Below, in pieces: positions 53,237 to 64,000 of a stretch of 64,000 nt of DNA; position 1 is the first letter of the stretch; each line of letters opens with the position of its first letter. A program made the translations under genes and the position numbers. Source of the stretch: Octopus sinensis (Eukaryota); contig NW_021832833.1 of the NCBI RefSeq assembly GCF_006345805.1, positions 36,138 through 100,137 of the forward strand, written 5' to 3'. The notes below the pieces were generated by a model. It did not search any database. It was not told the DNA's origin and saw only the letters and a program-made list of their open reading frames with translations.

Positions 53237-55453
53237 TATTTCATTACATTTGCCATGAAGGCAGTACATAGAGTAAAGTAGCTTTGCGGGCTGGATGAGG
53301 ACATTAATGAAATGAATGATAATGAAAGAAAGATGATAAGGATGGGAGAAGACAAAAAGCGCCCGCCGACTTCTGCTGCTCTAAAACATTGTTCTTTAAA
53401 ATCAAACACAAAACGAGGTATTAAACCTCTTACAACTTTTACAACTATTACATATAATATAAATACAATACACAAAGCCCCTCCTCCCAGACCTGGCTTA
53501 CACTTCCCTTAGGAATGCGCCAGCTCTAGGTCGGGGCCTCTCAAGTCGTATCTAAACATGTCCTATCAAACGTAAAAAATACATTATCACTTCTCCGTTC
53601 CTCCTCTTTCTGGACCTCCAGTCAAATATCTAGCCGCCTGCAGAGCAAACCACGTTGACTGCCGGGGAGTTCAGAAAGAAAGCAAAGTGCCTATTATCAA
53701 ATGTTTGTGTCACACAGTGCCACAATTTATGACTCATCCTCAAAATAACTTGTGCCCGCATCCTCTGCCATCCTCCACGCCTCTACCAAAACCACATCGA
53801 GTTCCGTGTTAGCGTTGCCCGGGAACAAGCCATATTCCTCATTGAGCTCCTTCAGCTCAAACGTCACGTCGAACGTCGTGGCCTCCACAGCTATCTGCGG
53901 AGGCCATTCGGGGTCCTGTGTGAAGACTGAAGGTGCTCCCTTATGGTGCTTTTCCATCACCTTTTCAATCTCTCCGCCTCTATGGAAGAAGATCAATATA
54001 TCGTCTTTCTCCGGGGGCGGGATATTCAATTCTTTCATTGGCGGCACAGTTCCCGGCCAACGGTGTTTCTTCTCCTGTCGGTGGCACAATCCCAACCTTC
54101 TTCCTCTTTCGGCCCCTGTTCGAGGAGTCCTCCGCTTCCTCGGCCGTCTTCATTCCCTCTTCTACAGGGGTCTCACTTAACTGCTTCGGGATCTTATTTT
54201 GTTCCCGGGGACAGTTTTACTTTATATGGCCGGACTCCAGGCACCGATGACACCTGGGGGTGGGCCGACCCTCAAGTAACACCGGGTCCCTGCACCCGGC
54301 CATTTTCAAAAAATCTGGAAAAACCAGATTGGCTGGTTGGGTCCAAAGGATCAAAATTGCTTTTCACCCAACCCAAACAGCCGCAGGAAGAAATTTCACA
54401 TTAAGGAGCTTGGTCCCGCTGCCACCCAGACCCCGGCGGATAGTCTCCTCTATCCACTCGGGTTTTATCACGGGGGGCAGCCCGCAGATCCAAGCTTTCG
54501 TCAACCTCTTCCCATGATACGTGGGAAGAAATAAAATTTCCTTACCCTCCAGGGGTTGACTAGCAAATTTGCGAGCCTCTTCAGGGGTGTCAAGTAGCAA
54601 CCACACCGTTGCATATCTGACACCCCTGGAATTGAATTTAATTGTTGGCAAATACTCTGCCAACTCCTTTTCAATTGCCGTCTTTTCGAGTAGGGCGATG
54701 GTTTCGAGTGCCTTGGAGTAGGTTCTCAATACCACCGTCCTATCTTCACGGTCTTTTAACCACCTTTTAGGCGGTATAATCTCCCATTCCAAAATTTTGT
54801 CATTTTTCATTGCCATGTTTCTTTTCTTTTTTTTTAAATATATTCAAAATAAAACTTAAAAAGCGAGAAAAATAAATTAAAAGAAAGTCACAATAAACAA
54901 AAAGGAGAAAGTCAAATAAAGTTTAGAAGAAAGTCAATAGTTCAGGAACACAGCAGAAAAAAAATCTTCTGGCCATTCGGTACTCCCGGCCTAGGTTGAA
55001 CTCGAAACGCCACAACTGGAACACAACTTCCACAAAAATTGATATACAAATTGTTCAATCTTCGGAGGCAAAGCACTCCCTCATACAGCAGTTCTTACAA
55101 TTATTAAAGTTCTTCAAATGGTACAATACAAGCAATAATTCTCATACTTAAGTGAGAAAAATATTCACTCAACGTAAACCGAAGACGAGGATACGCCCCA
55201 CCAAAAAATGAATCCAATAGATTCTCAATGCACAAAAACAGCAGCCGCCGAGAGCAGGCGAAATTGTGCAAGAGCTGGGCACAATTTACTGAAAAAATGA
55301 TTCGCATGCGATAAATTATGCCCAGCTCACAATAAACAATCACCTACCTCGACAAACTTCTGTTTTTGTTCTTTTTTTTCTTTTTAGGACGGAGCTCAAC
55401 GCTCACGTCCTCACCGTTCTGTGTCAAGGAATCGACTCCACGACCGGAACCGA
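53237..55453 (-). mobile_element. ORF1-only (HAL1-like) non-LTR element with 13-bp TSD
   Basis: TSD aagcaagcttctt at 53224-53236 and 55454-55466. ORF1 starts at 54816 with ICGLPP and a CHRCLESGHIK*NC knuckle and is frameshifted. No ORF2. AATAA at the 3' end. Confidence 0.75.
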
Positions 55454-55599
55454 AAGCAAGCTTCTTACCACACGGTCACTCCTGCGCTCCTATTAGTAAA
55501 GTTGCTGCAATTATTCTCATTAAATGTGGAATTCAATATAAATCTTGATGTACTGTGAACTCACATACCACATTATTATGAGTTGAAATGGCTCCTTGT

Positions 55600-55880
55600 T
55601 GTAAATGTATGGTCTAGCAGCAGGAAGCATCGCCCTTGTTAGTCTGGCGTAGGTATTTGACTTATGTAAATTACATCACTTTGGTCCATGAAATCCTCAC
55701 AACGGCGAACAAAAAGAAAGCTGAGAGACATAACCATGTAAGAAGTTGCGGTGGTCTTGCAAGGACAATTCTGCATGGAAACAAAGAGTTAAGAAAAAAG
55801 AAGAAAGGCAGACAAAGGTAAAAATGAAAGGAAAACTTCAAGGAATGGAAAGACGAATCCTGCACGGTGAGCTAAGATGT
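55600..55880 (+). mobile_element. RTE LINE remnant
   Basis: EILTTANKKK...HVRSCGGLARTILHG...KKKGRQR resembles the RTE C-terminus. Confidence 0.55.
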
Positions 55881-56371
55881 GGCACACAGCTGCGACTGAT
55901 GGAGAAGATTAGTATATACTATGTCACATCATCGGAATTTAAGGTCCCACGTAACCAATGCACACACATAAATACTAATAATACGTGTGTGTGTGTGTGT
56001 GTGTAAGTTTTGGGATTTGGTTTACAAGATTCTTTATGTGAGTTCGTGTATTGAAGTTTATTTTGTTGTCTGGGGAGAGGTATTCCCTTTTAGTGTCTTA
56101 TTATTTAACGCACTCACCGGTAAAGTTTCCCCTCATTTCCTTTATTTTTCTTAAAATTTTTCATACGTAGACCCACACACATGCGCACAAACAAACAAAA
56201 AGAACGCAACTCGGACAACGGACAATGTCAACGACTATTGAAAAGGTCGTAAGCCGCAACGAAAATTTAAAAAAATAAATAAGTAAATGAGTGGACACTT
56301 TATCGGTGAAATGTTAAATAATAAGGCACTAAAAGAGAATGACTCGCCCCAAACACAACAGTACACAACAT

Positions 56372-56433
<62 letters not shown>

Positions 56434-56434
56434 C

Positions 56435-56497
<63 letters not shown>

Positions 56498-56498
56498 C

Positions 56499-56537
<39 letters not shown>

Positions 56538-56566
56538 CAGATAGATAGATAGATAGATAGATAGAC

Positions 56567-56605
<39 letters not shown>

Positions 56606-56606
56606 C

Positions 56607-56683
<77 letters not shown>

Positions 56684-57898
56684 TGTTTCTTTATTAGCCA
56701 CACAGGGATGCACACAGACGGGACAAATTACAAGGTAGAGCTTTTCTTTTGGGGAGAAAGAAGGGGATTTGGTTTTTGATCAAAAGGGATCGTAAAAGGA
56801 AAGAAAGAGGAAAGCAAAAAAAAGGGGGGAAGGGGTAAAAAATAAAAGGAAAAGGAAAAAATCGATCAATAGGGATCGTTATCACAGAAATGTCAATATA
56901 AAGTGTAAAGGGGAGGACAGGTGAGGTTTGCCCGTGGAAAGAAAAGCCTACGGAAAAGACCACGGTAACCTCGGTCAATGAAGTCACATGTTATATTTGT
57001 TTTACAAATAAGCAACTCTCTGTATTGATTTTTACGGTTCATCGGATCATAGTCAAGGTGGCTTCGTCATCCATACGTGCCATCCTTGCTACATTCACCC
57101 ATCTTTTTTAAAAACATTTACTAGACAAAACTTGCCTCTCTACTCTCACTTTCCTCTTCAAGTGATACTTGAAGAAGTTGATGAGAGATTGACCAGAGGG
57201 GAAAGTGTTTGTCTCTAATCCTTTCAGGCGCGTCCACCAGATACATTCTTTCGCCATAGCCACAAGTATGATAAAAATAGCACTTCCTTCCCGTTTGATG
57301 GAAGGAGGCGTGACGATATTAACGATAGACTCGGCTGATAAACCGACACGTCCCACACGTGACAGCAGTCGTTCGACATAAGCCCACAGGTCGGAGATTG
57401 TTGGACACTGCACGATTGCATGCAGAACGGTTTCGTCGCTCTCACCGCATCTCGGGCAGGTCGGCCCGGTGTTTCTCGAGCCATGCCTATAGAGCTTATC
57501 CCGAACGGGTAGCGCTTCTCGGTAGCACCGCCAGGCCAGGGATCTCTGGAAATTGTCCATAGGTCCCGGCCCGAAAGTCATTTCAAACAGGCTGGTCAGG
57601 TATTTTTGAAACGACTTTCGGGCCGGGACCTATGGACAACTTCCAGAGATCCCTGGCCTGGGGTGCTACCGAATAGCGCTACCCGTTCAGGATAAGCTCT
57701 ATAGGCATGGGTCGAGAAACACAGGGACGACCTGCCCGAGATGCGGTCAGAGCGACGAAACCGTTCTGCACGCGATCGTGCATTGTCCAACAATCTCCGA
57801 CCTGTGGGCTTATGTCGAACGACTGCTGTCACGTGTGGGACGTGTCGGTTTATCAGCCAAGTCTGATAAACCGACACGTCCCACACGTGACAGCAGTC
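56684..57898 (-). mobile_element. Tx1/L1-clade LINE 3' fragment with 5' fold-back inversions, inside (GATA)n
   Basis: WRCYREALPVRDKLYRHG...CPRCGESDETVLHAIVQC. (GATA)n at 56372-56683 and 57899-57965. Confidence 0.87.
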
Positions 57899-57966
<68 letters not shown>

Positions 57967-59103
57967 GAGATAAGAAAAGAAATAGAACAACAATTAACAA
58001 TTAGACGTTGAGCATTTGTATTAAATGGTCAAAATTTAATTATAGCTAAAATAACATTAACAGCTGTTACATTTTGTTATTTTTGAGGTAGATTTGCATT
58101 TATCTCGTTCCATATAACAAGCATCGTCAGAATGATTTGGAGTTTATCAGAGGAATATTGATAGGAGGAAAAAGGAAAAAGGAAAAGAAAAAAGAAAAAG
58201 GGAAAAAAGTTACATTTTTGTTTCCTCTAAAGGTTGCTCGTGTGTGTACATTTATTTTAGCTATAATTAAACTGTGACCATTTAATACCAATGATCAACT
58301 TCTAATTGTTAATTGTTGCCCCATTTCTTTTCTTATCTGAATATATTAAACCACAGTTTACCATTAAAAGTTACCAATTACTATTAACCTTATAGCAAGG
58401 CCTCTACATAGTTAGGTAATACACCAGTAATGCCTACGGATACATTTATCCCTTAGACAGTTGCATATTATTTTCATCAACAAGATAAGTAACGTTTTTT
58501 ATTTAACAATATTATTTAACTTTTGATCGTATTAAGTTTGATTATTATTATTTTTATTATTGTTGTTGTTGTTGTTAAAATATATTGTTGTTAAAAAATT
58601 ATATATAATTTCTTGATAATTATTAGTTATGATAAGTATATCTATATATTTATTATGCTTTATTATAATTTTTTAGTGTGATTTAACCTATTACATATAA
58701 TTTAACTTGAGAATTAGTTTTGTAAGACAATACATTATTTAATAGTTAGATGGTCTATTTATTACGTAGTATTACATTTAAGTAAACTAGTTTAAGATAA
58801 ATCGATATTTTGGTTAACTATTTTATTGAGTAAAATATTAAATCTATAGATACTATTTATATATTAATAATATAGTTAGTTTATCTAATAGGTGTGAACT
58901 ATTTCTTATTTTTTATACTAATATTTATAGCTTGTACTAACATTATGTATATTACTTAACATTAAAGTTTTTAATATAAATTACTTAATGAGTATAAAAT
59001 TATATTTAGATATTTATTAAATAAATTAATTAATTAATAATTTAATTTAATGAATATAGTTTAAATTATAGTATTTAGTTTTCACTTAATGTATATTTTG
59101 TAT

Positions 59104-59171
<68 letters not shown>

Positions 59172-59296
59172 TACTTGGAGGAAAGAAACGAACCGACGCG
59201 AGGGCGCTCAGTCATATAATAACAATTTAATAAATTAAATATATGCATGCATGCATACATATATGTACGTACCTAAATCTATATGTATATATACAA

Positions 59297-59352
<56 letters not shown>

Positions 59353-60282
59353 TATATATATGAGTACAGGACACCACAAATAAACGTAGAACACAACGAG
59401 AAAGGAAAACATAAAAACAAACTAGGAAACGGACTTTTTTTAACAACGAAAAAACAGAGTACAAGACAAACAATACAAGGAATATTCCCCTTCATCAGCT
59501 GTCCCTGGCTCGACTCAATGCGTTTGTCGAAGGTAAGGACAGAACTCGATCCGGCCGAAGCAGTCCTTCCTGCAAAATGAATTAAATAAAATTCTTTTGC
59601 AGAGGGGTAAAACAAAGAAAGAAAAAAAGTGACAAGAGCAGGAAGTAAAAGCAATACAAATAAAAATACAGTACACATAAAGAATAAAAACAGGACAATG
59701 AAACCAACATTGAGGGCTATTTTGTAAGCCTAGACGATGGAAAAAAAGATATATATATATATTTCAAATATTTTAATTAATTTTATCTTATTTTTTAAAC
59801 GAGAATATATTTGTTAAGATATTCCGTATTTTACAAGATTATTTATATGTATTAATTAATTTATCTAATTAATTATTTTATTGTTGTTATCTTTAACCTG
59901 AAGAGAGACTATATTTATATTGAAGTGATTTTACTACTACTACTATTAGTATTACTATTATCATTTCTTAAATATAGCCACGAAACACGTGTCGATATTC
60001 TACCATATATATGCGTTTTATTTATTATTTTGCACATTACTTAATCATTGTTATATGTTTTATCTTATATTTAATCTTTCTATAATATGTAATTTTTCTA
60101 AATGGCGTAATTTAATTTTTCATTATTGAATTGATAAAAGGTGCTTTTTCTAATTTATATATATATATATATATATATATGTTATATTTTTGGAAATTTG
60201 ATTTAGTATTTCTAAATTGAACTTACCCTGTAAGATTTTACCTTGATCGCTCCAGCTTTCTTTTTTGTGTTATAGAATAAAA

Positions 60283-61310
60283 ATGAGCGCTCCACTAGCA
60301 CTGTGCACCAGGGAAGAACAGAAATCAGTGATCCGATTTCTCTGAAGTTGTGGTAGGGGCTGAAATTCATCGCAGGCTTTCAGTACAATATGGGGACTTC
60401 TCGAGAAGTCTAAAAATTGCCAAACAAGAATGAAACACGAAGAGGGAGAAGGGTGCCAATAACCTCCATCGCTAAAGTGAAGATTTCAAGAGCTCAAGAG
60501 ATGGTTCTGGCATACTGACGAGTGAACATTGATGAGGTGGCATGTTCTCTACAAATTAGTCATGGTTCTGCATACGAAATTATCCACGGCAAACTTCGCT
60601 TCTGTAAGGTTTGTGCGACATGGGTGCCAAGATAGCTTGCAGAAGTGCATAAACGGAGTTTGTGGATATCTGCCAACGCTTACTCAACTGCTACAACGAT
60701 GAAGGGAAAGTGTTTTTTGGAAAGAGCCACGGATGAGACTTTGATTCAGAATCGAAACAGCAGAGTATAGAGTAGAGACACCCAAAATCACAAGCGTAAA
60801 AGACATTAAAAACTCAAACTTCCAAAGAATAAATTACATTAACTGTTTTTTTATGTGTAAAAGGGCCTATGCAAGAACATTACCTGGAAAGTGGGTCTAC
60901 AGTCGCCAGTAACAGTAGAATGTTAGTCAACAAATTGAAACCAGTAATTTGCACCAAACGCCGAGGTCTACCATCAAATAAGTTTTATTGTAGCACGACA
61001 ATTCACGCCCACCCCATATACGGCCGCCCACACCATTGAAACCATTGAAAAATTTTATTTTTAGCTGCTGGAAAACCCTGCATACACTCCAGATCTCTCC
61101 CCTTCCGTTAATCACCTCTTTTGGGTCGCCCAAACATCCTTTACGAGTTCGTCGATTTGCTGTGAAGAAGAGCAAGAAGCGACGCATGAATGGCTGCGTG
61201 ACCAGCCGAAAGTCTTCGATAGAATAAGCAAGTTGTGAACCGCTAGAAGTGCATTGAAAAGACAGGAGTGAATACAAGTGTCCATATGATTTTTGACTCA
61301 CCCTCGCGTA
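60283..61310 (+). mobile_element. Decayed mariner transposase
   Basis: MSAPLALCTREEQKSVIRFL, ISHGSAYEIIH...WVPR*L, HDNSRPH, PAYTPDLSPS. Right TIR-like end ttttgactcaccctcgcgta. Confidence 0.8.
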
Positions 61311-63732
61311 AGGGCGTGCACATATATGCGTGAATGTGTGTACATAAAGGTTTCATTTTGCTTGCACTGTATTGCAGAACATTCGCTTCATCAAATTGGA
61401 CGTAGATTAAAATGATTTCGATGCCTTCCGAGAGTCCCGTGTGCTTTTGGCTCGCATGCTTTGCTACGGTTGTGTTAATCACATAACCATGAAGAATCGA
61501 CCTAGGCTTCTCTCTGCAGTTTACCAATTCTATAATTACTAATATTTCTTACCCCAACCAACACTGAAGAGCATTGTTGAATCTAGCTAATACGAAACCT
61601 AACGTACTAATTATTATAAAGATACACTGGTTATTTTGTTTTCAAGAGATCTCTTTACTACTTTTCGTGGTTGTAATAGCTGGTCTGTGTTCTTACAACA
61701 GTGAGTAACCCACTAAAGGGCAAATGTTTCCCTTTAAGTTTTATCAACTTCCGAAGATCAGTTCTTTGAGCTTATGCTTCATCCCCCATCTACTCAATTT
61801 CACTCAGAGAATAAGGGTTACCAAAATCACTTCGTAATAGTATATTTTATGGCATACAAATCGACGTAATATATAGTGTAAATATATAGTGTAAACATTC
61901 AAACATCGACACTATTTTCCCAGATAATGTTGCATTTCACATAGAATGTTTTGTCTTCCAAATTCATCTTTGCTTATAAGTTGGCCTACTCATTTTAGCA
62001 GTAAATTCTGGTCCGCAAAAGTTCAATTTGTATATCGGAAAATAGTACAGCCTGTTAGTAATTTTACTTAGTAAAACCTTGGGGCTTTTTTATGCCATTA
62101 CAAATAAATATATTTGTATGTATTAATATATATTCGTGTATACAACATGTGATACACTCCTGTATTTTGGGAGCGTACGTGAATGTTTCTTATCAATTAT
62201 GGGATTTCAACAGATTCTGAACGTGTGTAAAGTCCATGAAATTACAAGTTCGTAAAATATTTTGCAAATTGTGTGATGCCTTGTAGATGTGTTATGCGTA
62301 TGTATAGTATACCTGTTGAATTTAGAACTGCCGTACAAGCTACTAGAAGTAAATGTTTGTTATGCGTATTGTTCTTAAAATCAATATCATGTCTTAAATT
62401 TATCCTTGTTGGATATGTGGCAAGGTGGACGAGGGTGTCTTGCTTGAAAATTCGTCGTTTAAATTGTTGTTTGTGCATACAGAGAGAGCGGTTTACATCC
62501 CTAAATTTCAAAATGTTCGCTGTTGAAGTTATGCTTTTTTCTCTGATATAGATATACAGATTTCGTCTACTGCCTCATCCCTTGTATTTGCTGAGCTTAG
62601 ATATGATACTCAATTTAATTTGGGTAGGTTGTCGACGTTTCATGCCATATTAGGCAAAGAGATTAGCATCCCTTTTATTCTTATATCTAAACGAACCCAA
62701 ATGGTGTGTCTCTCGCTTTGAAGGTATTTCCTGTCATTCCAATGTGTGTGTATATATATGCGTGGGTATCCGTGTATATATATATATAAATTAAATTAGA
62801 GATAAAACCACTATTAGGCAAATCAAACAGTGAAAAACATAAACCAAAACATAAAAATAAAAATAATTAATATAATTTACAAAATATATAAAATATGAAA
62901 TTTAGAATTTAAAAAATTTTAATTATTTAAATTTAAAATTATTATTTATATTTTATTTAAAAGCAGCAGAAATATAACAAAAGCTGTTACTCAGAGTTTC
63001 ACGTTCCCATTCGTCGGAGTAACAGCTTTTGTTATATTTCTGCTGCTTTTAAATAAAGCATATTACTCTACCTCTGGTATTTGAGTACTCTTTATTCCAC
63101 CTTATTTCACATTTATGTGGTTACTCCGCTATATATATATATATATATATATATAGATATATATATATATATACCATACTGGTTTCAACAAATTTGGGGT
63201 TTGCGCTGATAAGGAAGAAATTGAAGATAAGCAAGAAAGTTCAGTAAAACATGATTAAAACATCAAATGTTCATACAAATACCAATATTCAATAAATTTA
63301 GAAAATGATAAAGGTTCAAATATTTGATGAATTGCATATCGATTATATTTGATTGAGTTCAGTAGCTTCCAATAACTTATATTAACAAGTGGTTATGATG
63401 ATGTATGGACATTTGATTTTTAAGCGTGTTTTACCAAATTTATTCTTATACTTTCAATCTCTATGAAACTTTATTGTGTACCATTGAAAATTGGATGCAA
63501 AAATTTGTTAAAACCGCTATGGTAGTTTAATAAGCGTATTAAAAATAGTTATACTAACAAGTAGATACTATTAAATTTTAAAACTGAACATTGGAGTTTG
63601 TTTGAATATTTCATTTTTAAACCAGTTTTACCGATTTTTCTAGGGTATCTTCAGTATCTCTTAAACAGTTTTTCTTTACTATTGACAAGCAAAGCATTGT
63701 TGAAACGGGTATGGTATTATAATACGTTTTGA

Positions 63733-64000
63733 AGGCGGCGCTCTGGCAGAAACGTTAGCACGCCGGGTGAAATTCTTGGCGGTATTTTGTCTGCCGTTAC
63801 GTTCTGAGTTCAAATTCCGCCGAGATCGACTTTGCCTTTCATCCATCCGGGATCGATAAATGAAGTACCAGTTGTCCCCTCTGTGTTTGGCCCCTTGTGG
63901 GTAGTAAAGAAATAGGTATTTCGTCTGCCGTTACGTTCTGAGTTCAAATTCCGTGGAGGTCGACTATGCCATTCATCTTTTCGGGGTCGATTAAATAAGT
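63733..64000 (+). mobile_element. Family-1 SINE dimer (runs off the edge)
   Basis: Junction gtagtaaagaaata|ggtatttcgtctgccg at about 63901-63930. Confidence 0.85.

Noticed and set aside
58000-59100. Very AT-rich block as a possible organellar insertion
   Set aside because: No recognisable rRNA, tRNA or protein motifs
62242-62511. 89-aa minus-strand ORF in unique sequence
   Set aside because: No recognisable motif or partner exons, so it cannot be supported as coding

Overview
AT-rich, microsatellite-dense eukaryotic genomic DNA. The SINE families and repeat style suggest an octopus or other coleoid cephalopod (inference). The left half holds one spliced minus-strand gene, rebuilt here exon by exon from GT-AG sites and phase continuity. 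It has 18 coding exons from an ATG at 33500 down to 400 (2922 nt, 974 codons, no stops), and it continues off the left edge. The protein reads: signal peptide - WSC - 9 tandem, strongly cationic EGF repeats - VWA (intact MIDAS) - VWD - C8 - TIL. Most of these exons are too short to appear in the ORF track. The EGF array grew by recent tandem duplication of a two-exon unit and has a complex inversion, and relic VWA and VWD exon copies lie nearby. The rest of the window is transposon-derived. It includes a head-to-tail stack of R4/Dong LINEs in (TAA)n tracts, an R4 family tied to (CATA)n, Tx1/L1 pieces tied to (GATA)n, and a TSD-flanked ORF1-only (HAL1-like) element inside a SINE. It also has mariner elements, a MULE-type MITE, Helitrons, CR1 and RTE remnants, multimeric SINEs and several long palindromes. 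No database searches were run, so all family calls rest on recognised motifs.
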